From a bacterium (GTDB taxonomy: Bacteria; Desulfobacterota; DSWW01), in assembly GCA_040756235.1 (NCBI GenBank), contig JBFLZG010000077.1, forward strand, positions 1 to 31,384: a stretch of DNA of 31,384 nt, read 5' to 3'. Position 1 is the first letter of the stretch; each line of letters begins with the position of its first letter. The notes beneath the pieces were generated by a model. That model had not been told where the DNA came from. It worked only from the letters and a program-made list of their open reading frames with translations, and ran no database searches. This document shows, piece after piece, positions 17,302 through 25,199 of the stretch. The translations under genes were made by a program, and so were the position numbers.

Positions 17302-19458
17302 TCAACTCTCTCCTTCGATCGGAAAGGAGAAGCGGATGCGGGTCCCTTCTCCGATTCGGCTTGCGAGATCGAGCGTCCCTCCCAGCATACGGACGCGCTC
17401 CTGCATGGTAGGCAGACCGAGCCCCCTTTCCGCAGGGTCTCTGCTCCGGATCTGTTCGAGATCGAAGCCGTTCCCGTCGTCCTCGATCCGGCAAGAAAGG
17501 AAGCCTTCCTGCCGCTCGAGGACGATGCAGGCGCGGGAAGGGCCGGCGTGCTTTTCGATGTTGGTCAGCGCTTCCTGAATGATCCGATACAACATGACCT
17601 GCTGGTGCTGGGAAAGACCCGGATCCACGCCCTCTGCCTGCAAGCAGACCTCTACGCGATTGTGTTTGACGAAGTCGGCGACGAGCCTGCGCAGACCTGC
17701 GGACAACCCCAGATCGGTGACGATCGTGGGGCTCAGATCTCTGGAGATACGGCGCACGTTTTCGATGACCTGGTTGAGGTACTGGAGCGTCCCCTCCGCT
17801 TCTTCCCGGAGCTCTGCCTTATCGTGACCGAGGTTCCGTTCCATTGCCCTGACCCGGAGCTTCAATACCGCCAGTGACTGGCCCAGATCATCGTGCAGCT
17901 CTGCAGATATCCTCTTGCGCTCCTTTTCCTGGGCGCAGAGCAGCTCGGACGAAAGATGGCGCAGCTGCTTCTCCGACTCCCGCAAGGCGTTCTCTGCCTT
18001 CTTCTTATCGGTAATATCGTGAAAGATCTCAAGCTTGCAGGACATCCGGTCCGCGTTCACGAAGGGGGTGGCGAAAAGGTCGTAGATCTTTCCCGTCTTC
18101 GTAAAAAGCCGTTCATACTGGATAGATTTTCCGGCCAAGACGTCGTCGTTCGTGCACCAGGGACACGCTTCGGTCCGATCGTGAAAGTACGTGAAGCACT
18201 TGCGGCCGGCCGCGGGACCGAACTCACGCTCGATGACCGGATTGACGTAATCGATCTCGTGGTCCCGCGTCACGATGAACACGCCGTCCGCCATCGAGTC
18301 CAGGATCCCCTTGAGCTTGTTGCGTTCCAGAGCGACGGCTTCCTCTGTGTGGGCTCTGAGCCTTTGCGTCTCCCTGAGATGATGGCTTTCCTGCTCGGCC
18401 TGAACTCTCAGGCGGTTGTCGCGGTAGATCACGACCGCAGCGCCGAGCACGGAGAAGACCAGCACAACCATGAGGATCAGGTAGTCGTTCAGGCTGTCAC
18501 GCTGGGAGGCCACGACCTCATCATACGGAGAGTGGACGACCACGTTCCACGAGATGTTCTCGAACTTCAGCGGTGCGAAGGCAGCCAGCTTCTTCGGGGC
18601 GTTCCGCAACTGGTAGGCCACGGTCCCCGGCCCCTCCTGCCCCCGCTTCAGGATCTCTTCGATGTAGCCGAACGACCCGTGGCAGCGATCGCAGCTCGCG
18701 TCTCTCTGAAAGGCGTTGCGGAACGCCATGTCCTTCCGGTCGGAATGAAACAGCAGCGTTCCATCCTGGTCGATCATCCAGATGCGCTGGCCCTTCTTGG
18801 GGGCGGCAAGCCTCAAGGGGTCGGGAATGAATCTCTCCAGGTCGATGGGAAGCGATACCTCTCCGATGACCCCGCCTTCCATCTTGGGAGCCGCGCCTTC
18901 CGCAGCCTCCCCCCGGATCGGGGCCAGCAGGAAGAGCCGGAAGGGCCACGAGCCGGCGCCCGCGCCGTCCCGCAGCTTGCCGCGGGACGGTACGCGGCCT
19001 TCGACTCTCCCGGGGGCGAAGACCGGTGATACCAGGACCTTTCCGGTCCTCTCACTCTTACCCAGCCAGGTCGAGAGCTCCTCCTGCATGTTTCCCGGGA
19101 ACCTGGAAGGAAGGTCCGAAACGTCCAGGAAGCTGTAGACGGGCTCGATGTGCGGCACGAGCGGCCGCTGGCGGACGGCATCCGTTCGGTCTGCGGCGTG
19201 TTGGAAATAGGGGCTGGCAGAGAGCGCCCTCAGGAGGTCTGCCTGCTCATCGAGATAGGCCTCCATACACCGGGCAATGTGCTGAGCATGGGTGAGCTGA
19301 TCCTCCTGGAAATGAAGGACGACCTGCTTCGCGCCCGTGTCGTGCAGGTGAATCACCAGGGAGAAGACGGTGGTGAGGACAAGCATGGTCAGAGCGGCGA
19401 CCAGCCAGCTTTTCTTCCCGCCCCCGCCGGCGAAGCGAAACAGAGAATGCAGCATCAT
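17302..19458 (-). CDS. Membrane sensor histidine kinase (HisKA_3/HATPase) with a periplasmic Cache-like domain containing CxxCH and a cytoplasmic Cys-motif PAS domain
   Basis: Two TM helices flanking a domain with CDRCH. PAS with C-x10-C-x2-C. ERKRISAELHDDLGQ, IQEALTNIEKH, DDGNGFD, GLGL. Confidence 0.93.
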   Translation of the reverse strand: MMLHSLFRFAGGGGKKSWLVAALTMLVLTTVFSLVIHLHDTGAKQVVLHFQEDQLTHAQHIARCMEAYLDEQADLLRALSASPYFQHAADRTDAVRQRPLVPHIEPVYSFLDVSDLPSRFPGNMQEELSTWLGKSERTGKVLVSPVFAPGRVEGRVPSRGKLRDGAGAGSWPFRLFLLAPIRGEAAEGAAPKMEGGVIGEVSLPIDLERFIPDPLRLAAPKKGQRIWMIDQDGTLLFHSDRKDMAFRNAFQRDASCDRCHGSFGYIEEILKRGQEGPGTVAYQLRNAPKKLAAFAPLKFENISWNVVVHSPYDEVVASQRDSLNDYLILMVVLVFSVLGAAVVIYRDNRLRVQAEQESHHLRETQRLRAHTEEAVALERNKLKGILDSMADGVFIVTRDHEIDYVNPVIEREFGPAAGRKCFTYFHDRTEACPWCTNDDVLAGKSIQYERLFTKTGKIYDLFATPFVNADRMSCKLEIFHDITDKKKAENALRESEKQLRHLSSELLCAQEKERKRISAELHDDLGQSLAVLKLRVRAMERNLGHDKAELREEAEGTLQYLNQVIENVRRISRDLSPTIVTDLGLSAGLRRLVADFVKHNRVEVCLQAEGVDPGLSQHQQVMLYRIIQEALTNIEKHAGPSRACIVLERQEGFLSCRIEDDGNGFDLEQIRSRDPAERGLGLPTMQERVRMLGGTLDLASRIGEGTRIRFSFPIEGES

Positions 19459-19851
19459 GAGTGCAGCTCGCGCCGGGAACCTTCGCCTTGATCGATAAGC
19501 GATCCTGAACCTGAAGAACGTCGTTCTTCTGATTCGTTTAAGACTGCTCTATAAAATAGATGGACGAATTCACGATCAGGGTGCTTCCGGCCGCGCACTT
19601 TTTCGCGGACGAATCGACGGCCGGACGGCTCGAGCTGCCCCGCTTCACATCCCCCCATGCCCGCGCGAACGATTTGTTACGTCGCCGTCATATGCTTCGC
19701 GAGGACGGGGTGCGGACCGGGAATGCCGCACGGGAGTAGCAATAATCTTATACGACTTTTGTATGGCTGGCTAGTCCTTTGACGGAGCCGTAGGCGAAAA
19801 GGTTGCGCGCAATCTAAAAGCATTATCCGGAGATTTCCTTGACAGCCTGCG

Positions 19852-19900
19852 AAAAAATGAGAAGGCGAAGCGGGCCTCGGTCCCGTTTCGCCTTCTCATT
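19852..19900 (-). terminator. Rho-independent terminator after the short DUF5666 gene
   Basis: Long stem AATGAGAAGGCGAA/TTCGCCTTCTCATT with a T-run on the minus strand. Confidence 0.7.
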
Positions 19901-19943
19901 CCCGGATTCGCCTGGCGCGGATCTCCCTTTTGAGGACCGACGC

Positions 19944-20939
19944 TCAGTCTTCCAGCTGGACCTTCCTGGCCACCAGGACACCGGCGTCGATCGTACCCTC
20001 GACCTCGAGCCGGACTCCGGGGACGATCTGATCAGCCGTGAGACCTTCGTATTGGGTCTGGTCCGTGATCCGGACGAGCTGCGAGCCGAGCGCGAACTCG
20101 TTGTTTACGACAGGTCCCATCACGTAGCCCTGGATCTCCACCTCTCTCCCGTCGTCGTCGTCACCGAACTCCCCGAACTCGTCCTCTGCTTCGACCTTCG
20201 TCGCGACCAGCGTGCTGTCGACCGGGCAAGCATTGCTCTTGACCTCGACGAACAGGCCGTCCGCGAGCCCGCCCTGGGGGAGATCCTCGAGGTCGGCGCC
20301 GCTGTAGTTGACCGTCAGAAGGCCGAGGGTGAAGGTCTGGGCCTCGGCATTGAGGTTGCTCACCGTGCCTTTGACCTCAATCTCCTCGATCGTTGCGCAG
20401 GTCTCGTCCTTCTTCTCGATAAAGGTGGCCTGAATGTTGAGATCGGCGTTCAGTTGCCCGCTCACTTCCACGATATCGCCGACTGCGAGCATCGCCAGAT
20501 TAAGGCCGTTATCGAATAACGTACTCCCGTCCACAACGACGGTTTGTCCCAGGACCACGAACGAGCTCGCGCCGAGGTCGATCGAGCTGATCGGCCCCTC
20601 CAGGTTGTCCCGGTAGTCGACGCTGGAGGCCGTCCCGGTCACGCCGTCGTCGTTGACCGAGCAGCGCAGCGTGACCATCATGCCCTCACGGAGGTCGCTC
20701 TCGTCGATGCCGGAGGAGGTGCCATCCTTCGAGAAGCTGGCTCCGCTGGTCTCGAACTCGATCCCGTTGACGAAGATGCTGCCGAAGCCGTCGATCCTCC
20801 CGAATGCCACGTTGTTGGCCGCTGGCGGCGGGCCTCCCCCGTCGCCTCCGTTACCGTTGTCGTCGCCGCAGGCCACCAGCGTGGTCAGCAGAAGCGCCAG
20901 CGGTACGAACCGCAGTGTCGAACCGTTCCATTTCCTCAT
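19944..20939 (-). CDS. DUF5666-type lipoprotein, single module; paralog of 5897-7786
   Basis: Lipobox LVAC. Shares FSKDGTS, DYRDNLEGPI, VEVSG and GGLA-x-G-x-FVEV with the longer paralog. AGGAGG RBS. Confidence 0.87.
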   Translation of the reverse strand: MRKWNGSTLRFVPLALLLTTLVACGDDNGNGGDGGGPPPAANNVAFGRIDGFGSIFVNGIEFETSGASFSKDGTSSGIDESDLREGMMVTLRCSVNDDGVTGTASSVDYRDNLEGPISSIDLGASSFVVLGQTVVVDGSTLFDNGLNLAMLAVGDIVEVSGQLNADLNIQATFIEKKDETCATIEEIEVKGTVSNLNAEAQTFTLGLLTVNYSGADLEDLPQGGLADGLFVEVKSNACPVDSTLVATKVEAEDEFGEFGDDDDGREVEIQGYVMGPVVNNEFALGSQLVRITDQTQYEGLTADQIVPGVRLEVEGTIDAGVLVARKVQLED

Positions 20940-20979
20940 GACCGAGCCTCCTTCTTTTGAGGTGAACAGGGATGCGATT

Positions 20980-21015
20980 TAATCCCTAGATGTCGAGTAG
21001 AACGGTAAAGTTCCG
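20980..21015 (-). promoter_or_regulatory. Candidate ECF (sigmaE-type) promoter of the short DUF5666 gene
   Basis: Minus strand GGAACTT-N17-TCTA, about 40-75 nt upstream of the start. Confidence 0.55.
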
Positions 21016-21100
21016 ATCAGGGTTCAAATATGTAACCGTTATACGACGGCCGTGTCGGTCGCTCGTGAAAAAGATGCGTGGACTCGGACACTTTCGAACA

Positions 21101-21146
21101 GACTGCGTACTTTCGCCCATCTGAAAATGGGTGTTTCCACGGATTG
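21101..21146 (+). promoter_or_regulatory. Operator-like box, copy C (upstream of FG-GAP/cytochrome pair)
   Basis: GACTGCGTACTTTCGCCCATCTGAAAATGGGTGTTTCCACGGATTG; first 19 nt identical to copy B in gene-sense orientation. Confidence 0.65.
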
Positions 21147-21336
21147 AGCGGATCGAGCCGTGGCGGTTAAAACATTTATAAGGAGCAACGATCTGAGGCA
21201 AACGGATCGCGCGGAGAGAACAGGCTTACCGCTCTGTGGCCCGGGCGCGACAGTCTCTGGTGTGACGATTCTCAGGATCACGAGACGGGGAAAAACTGAA
21301 AAACGAAACTCGAGTGGAGGCGTGGAGGGCATTTTC

Positions 21337-22689
21337 ATGGGCAGCCGAATCTTGGCGGTCGGACTGGTGGCGCTCTTGGCCTTCGGGATCGCGTCGAACG
21401 GGCCCGCAAACGGCGATTCTGAAAAAGACTGCTTCCCGGCATCCTCGTTGTGCCTGAAGTCCTTGCGGGGAAGCATGCAGGGGCAGTCCGGGATCGCGCT
21501 GGAGCTGGACGGCGACGGCATGGAAGATCTGGTCGTGGGGGCTCCCTACGCCAAGCGGCGGGGCGGCCGCGGAGCCCTGCTCGTCTATTCGGGCAGACCC
21601 AATGGGTTCCGGGAACGTCCCTCCGCCGTATGGGAGGGCGAAGGCAACCTCGGGTGGCAGCTTGCGTCGCTGGGCGACGTGGATGACGACGGCCGCGCAG
21701 ATTTTGCCGCAGCGGCTTTCAGCGGCGGCAACGAGGAGGTGTCCCTTGCAGGGACGGTCGCCGTATACCTGGGCGGCGCCGGCTCGCAGGCGGCGGTCGT
21801 CCTGGCAGGGGAGAACGCGCTGGACAAATTCGGCTACTCGCTCACTTCAGGCGACTTGAACGGAGACGGGGCGGCCGACCTGATGGTCGGAGCTCCCTAC
21901 CACTCCCCCAGCCCGGCGCTCTATCAAAAGGGCGCCGTTTATGCCTACTTCGGACCCGACTACGATCCGGCGACCGCGGTCAAGATTGCCGCTTCGGCGG
22001 CCTACGGCGGCATCGGATTCTCGCTGGCTGCCGGTGACATCAACGGTGACGGCATCGACGACCTGCTCATGGAAGCCACTGGAAAAGTGATCGGGTACTA
22101 CGGGGCCCAGGGCACGTTTGCGCCGTCCCCCGCGGGCCCGGACGTCGTCTTCACCAGCACCGCCGCCGGGTTCGGCCGCGCCATCGCGGTCCTTTGGGAC
22201 GTGGACGCGGACGGCTTCAGGGACGTGGCCGTGGGCGCGCACCAGGCAACCGTCGCGGAGGTGATGGATTCCGGAAGCCTGTTCATCCTCAAGGGCGGAT
22301 CCGGAAGTCGCACGGTCGACGCGGATGCCGTCTCCGCCGACCGCCTGGCCAGGATCGACGGGGAGCCCGCTTTCGGTCGGTTCGCCTCTGCCATCCTGCC
22401 GTTACCGGACATCGACGGGGACGCCGTGCCGGACCTTGCGGTGAGCGCCGTGCATGCCGACGGAGCTCGCTGGCCGGTGACAGGCAAGATCTGCCTCTTC
22501 AGCGGCGCGGACCTGACCTCCGGACCTTCCGTGGCCGCGGCCCGGGCCATCCCGGGGAAAGCCAGAGACATGCACCTGGGCGCGTTTCTGGCTCACGTGC
22601 GGGGAGGGGAGTGGCTCGCTGCGGGTGCCCCGACCGAGGACGGCAACACCGGAAGCGTGAGGCTCTACCGGCTGCATGGCCGGCCGTGA
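21337..22689 (+). CDS. Secreted FG-GAP / integrin-alpha-like beta-propeller protein
   Basis: Signal peptide. Six to seven DxD/NxDG Ca-binding loops with FG...GAP-type motifs (e.g. FGYSLTSGDLNGDGAADLMVGAP). ATG 21337 after GGAGGG. Confidence 0.88.
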   Translation: MGSRILAVGLVALLAFGIASNGPANGDSEKDCFPASSLCLKSLRGSMQGQSGIALELDGDGMEDLVVGAPYAKRRGGRGALLVYSGRPNGFRERPSAVWEGEGNLGWQLASLGDVDDDGRADFAAAAFSGGNEEVSLAGTVAVYLGGAGSQAAVVLAGENALDKFGYSLTSGDLNGDGAADLMVGAPYHSPSPALYQKGAVYAYFGPDYDPATAVKIAASAAYGGIGFSLAAGDINGDGIDDLLMEATGKVIGYYGAQGTFAPSPAGPDVVFTSTAAGFGRAIAVLWDVDADGFRDVAVGAHQATVAEVMDSGSLFILKGGSGSRTVDADAVSADRLARIDGEPAFGRFASAILPLPDIDGDAVPDLAVSAVHADGARWPVTGKICLFSGADLTSGPSVAAARAIPGKARDMHLGAFLAHVRGGEWLAAGAPTEDGNTGSVRLYRLHGRP

Positions 22690-22732
22690 CAACGGGCAGG
22701 GAAGAGACCGGGACAAGGACGGGAGAGAACCC

Positions 22733-23749
22733 ATGGAAAAGCTCTCGATGATCTTGATCGCTGTTTGCTGCGCTGCAGGCGTGGCTCTGGCAGGGCTGTA
22801 TGACGAAACGGATTTCAATGCGACGGGCAGGATGTACCAGCCTGCCCCTGAGGACCATGTCGTGGGCGCCGACAGCGGCGCCGGGCTCGGCATGCACCAC
22901 CCGGGCGAGGATTGCGGCCGCTGTCATCGTATGGGTGGGAGAGCCGAGGCCCGGATCTGGACCCTGGCGGGCACCCTCTACAGCGACCGCTCAGGCCGCC
23001 TGCCGCTCAAGAGTGGTGAGATCATCCTGGAGGACCGAGACGGCAACGTCATCAGCATGACCAGCAACGAGGCCGGGAACTTCTGGACCACAGCTCCCGT
23101 TGCCAGCAATCCTTACACCGTGGTGAGCCACGGCGGCCCCCCCATGCCGCTGTACGTCGAGGATGAGCAGGGAAATCTCGTGCAGCCTGCAGATCCGGAC
23201 GACGAGCGGACCTGGCTCTACAAGGCCTGGGTGCGCAAGGGTCGGGCCGTCCGGCCCATGCTGACGATCGCGCCGGTGGGCTCTGCCACCGGCATGGGCA
23301 TGCGCATGTCCTGCAGCATGCACCATGCCCAGATGGGGAGCCGCGGAGCCCTGTGGGTCTCCTCCACCCCCACTCTTCCGTCCTATCCGGACTCAGGGCT
23401 GAGCTACCGCAAGCATGTTTATCCCATTCTCCGCAGCAAGTGCTCGCCCTGCCACATCCCCGGCAGCACGATGACCCGCACCGTCACGAAATCCGACATC
23501 GATACCCCCTCGACCTCGTTCGACTTCAGCAACGGTCTCGACCTCATGACCTATGAGGGTTCGACGGTAGGCACCAGCGTCAAGCAGGGGGTCCTCAGCG
23601 TCGTGGAAACCGGAGATCCGGAAGAGAGCCTCTTGCTGCGCAAGACGCTCGTCGGCGCGCTGCATGCGGGGGGAGCCTTCTGGAACGAGCGCCACTCGGA
23701 CTACGCCGCCCTCAGGCAGTGGATCGCGGAAGGAGCCCTGAAGAACTGA
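22733..23749 (+). CDS. Exported c-type cytochrome (two CxxCH plus one CxxHH) with a C-terminal planctomycete-cytochrome-C-like domain
   Basis: Signal peptide. HHPGEDCGRCH, SCSMHH, ILRSKCSPCH...GDPEESLLLRK...QWIAEGA. GGGAG RBS. Confidence 0.85.
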   Translation: MEKLSMILIAVCCAAGVALAGLYDETDFNATGRMYQPAPEDHVVGADSGAGLGMHHPGEDCGRCHRMGGRAEARIWTLAGTLYSDRSGRLPLKSGEIILEDRDGNVISMTSNEAGNFWTTAPVASNPYTVVSHGGPPMPLYVEDEQGNLVQPADPDDERTWLYKAWVRKGRAVRPMLTIAPVGSATGMGMRMSCSMHHAQMGSRGALWVSSTPTLPSYPDSGLSYRKHVYPILRSKCSPCHIPGSTMTRTVTKSDIDTPSTSFDFSNGLDLMTYEGSTVGTSVKQGVLSVVETGDPEESLLLRKTLVGALHAGGAFWNERHSDYAALRQWIAEGALKN

Positions 23750-23772
23750 AGCGCGCTTGGCCGAAGCGGGCG

Positions 23773-24067
23773 GATGTGGCGAGCGAGCCTGTGATCACTC
23801 GGTAGGGTGGGCAAAGCGAAGCGTGCCCACCAACCACGGCCGAGGCCCGCGAGCGTGGGTGACCCCCACGGTAGCCGGGGGTTACCACGGACCTCCTGTC
23901 CTCGCCTTCAGGTCTATGAGCTGTCGCCACGTCGCTGCCGGGCGAAGCGCGGCGCACATACACTATGTCGGTGCGTTTGAGTCGGGAGGTTGCTTCGCGG
24001 AGCCTCGCAATCTCCACCTTCCCTGCGCTCGCAACGCAGCAGATGGGTCCTTTTCAACGGCCTGCTA
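23773..24067. repeat. Composite intergenic repeat cluster (GTAG-REP, CGCGAGCGTGG module, GGGAGGTTGC..CCTCGCAATCTCC module, MITE-like end)
   Basis: GTAGGGTGGGCAAAGCGAAGCGTGCCCACC at 23802-23831; CGCGAGCGTGG at 23848; modules at 23875 and 23983-24015; TTTCAACGGCCTGCTA at 24052-24067, identical to 16639-16654. Confidence 0.7.
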
Positions 24068-24343
24068 AAGGCAGAGGATCTCGTCCTCGGTCAGGTGCTC
24101 GACCTTGACCGGATCCAGCCCCTTGAGCCGCGCTGCCAACTCCTTCGAGGAGATGTCCGGAATCGGGCGCAGGATCCTCCAGTCTTTCTCTTTGAGCCAG
24201 AGGAAGAACTTCCAGGCGTAGCAATCCTTACAGTGATCGCGTTTCTTCGCCAGGTACTCGTCCCACGCCACGGCTTCCAGGACCTTGTGGTGAGGACATT
24301 GAATGTCCATACAAAAGGTCCCTGACTTGTATTCGTGCCTCAT
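24065..24343 (-). CDS. Small hypothetical protein with C-x4-C...C-x2-C motif, last gene of the CoA-transferase operon
   Basis: MRHEYKSGTFCMDIQCPHH...HCKDCY. AGGAAAGGA upstream. Protein-like composition, unlike the shadow ORFs. Confidence 0.75.
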   Translation of the reverse strand: MRHEYKSGTFCMDIQCPHHKVLEAVAWDEYLAKKRDHCKDCYAWKFFLWLKEKDWRILRPIPDISSKELAARLKGLDPVKVEHLTEDEILCL

Positions 24344-24381
24344 CCGGTTTCCTTTCCTGAGTGACACTCGGGTACGATCCG

Positions 24382-25152
24382 TCAGCGGCCGATGATGTAT
24401 CCGTTCGGGTCCACCTCTTCCCGCAGGACCCGCAACTGCTCGGCCGTGGGCTCCTCGGTCTGTCGCACCGACTTGGGAACGATGAGCTCGAACCCGGTGT
24501 TCTCGATGACATGCTCCAGGGACACGCCCGGGTGGAGCGACTCCACCTGCATCCGCTTGGAGCTTTCTTCGAAGCCGAGCACGGCCAGGTTGGTGATGAT
24601 CTTGTACGGGCCGGAGCCGGGCGGCAGGCCGGCCTCCTCGCGCGCGCCGTGCCCGGTCAGGTACCCCGGCGAGGTCACGAAGTCCACCTTCTCCACGAAG
24701 CGGCGGCTGTTGTGCACCGTCAGCACCAGGGTCTTCCAGCAGAAGGATGCGAAGTCGTTGGCGCCGCCGCTACCGGGGAACCGCACCTTGGGCCGGTCGT
24801 GGCGGCCGATGCAGGTGGAGTTGATGTTCCCGTACGGATCGATCTGGGCACCGCCCAGAAACGCATAATCGACCAGGCCCCGGCAGCACGCCGTCATGAT
24901 CTCGCACATGCTGGAAGCCATGACGCCCCGAAAGAAGGTGCGCGAGTCGCCGACCGAGATCGGCATCTGCGGGAGGATGGGGGCCACTCCGCCGGCCTCG
25001 AAGAGGATGACCAGGTCCGGCGCGTGGGTCTTCTGGGCCAGCATGGTGGCGGCGCACGGGGCACCGGTGCCGACGGCCACGGTCCTCCCATTTGCGAGCT
25101 GCCTGGAAGCGGCACAGATCATCATTTCCATCGTGTTGTACACGAGCGTCAT
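24382..25152 (-). CDS. gctB: Family I CoA-transferase beta subunit (glutaconate CoA-transferase B-like)
   Basis: VAVGTG, ILFEAG (catalytic Glu), FLGGAQIDPYGNINST, RFPGSGGAND, VDFVTSPG. ATG 25152 after AGGAGG; the longer 470-aa ORF call is a shadow extension. Confidence 0.88.
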   Translation of the reverse strand: MTLVYNTMEMMICAASRQLANGRTVAVGTGAPCAATMLAQKTHAPDLVILFEAGGVAPILPQMPISVGDSRTFFRGVMASSMCEIMTACCRGLVDYAFLGGAQIDPYGNINSTCIGRHDRPKVRFPGSGGANDFASFCWKTLVLTVHNSRRFVEKVDFVTSPGYLTGHGAREEAGLPPGSGPYKIITNLAVLGFEESSKRMQVESLHPGVSLEHVIENTGFELIVPKSVRQTEEPTAEQLRVLREEVDPNGYIIGR

Positions 25153-25199
25153 GTCGCCGGCCTCCTGTTTCATCCGTTTCCGTCCCCCCCGGCACCCGT

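Noticed and set aside
16135..21201. Two short ORFs sharing the peptide IRGNTH..GESTQS (16135-16554 + and 20986-21201 -)
   Set aside because: The shared peptide is just the translation of the repeated operator-like box; no similarity outside it.
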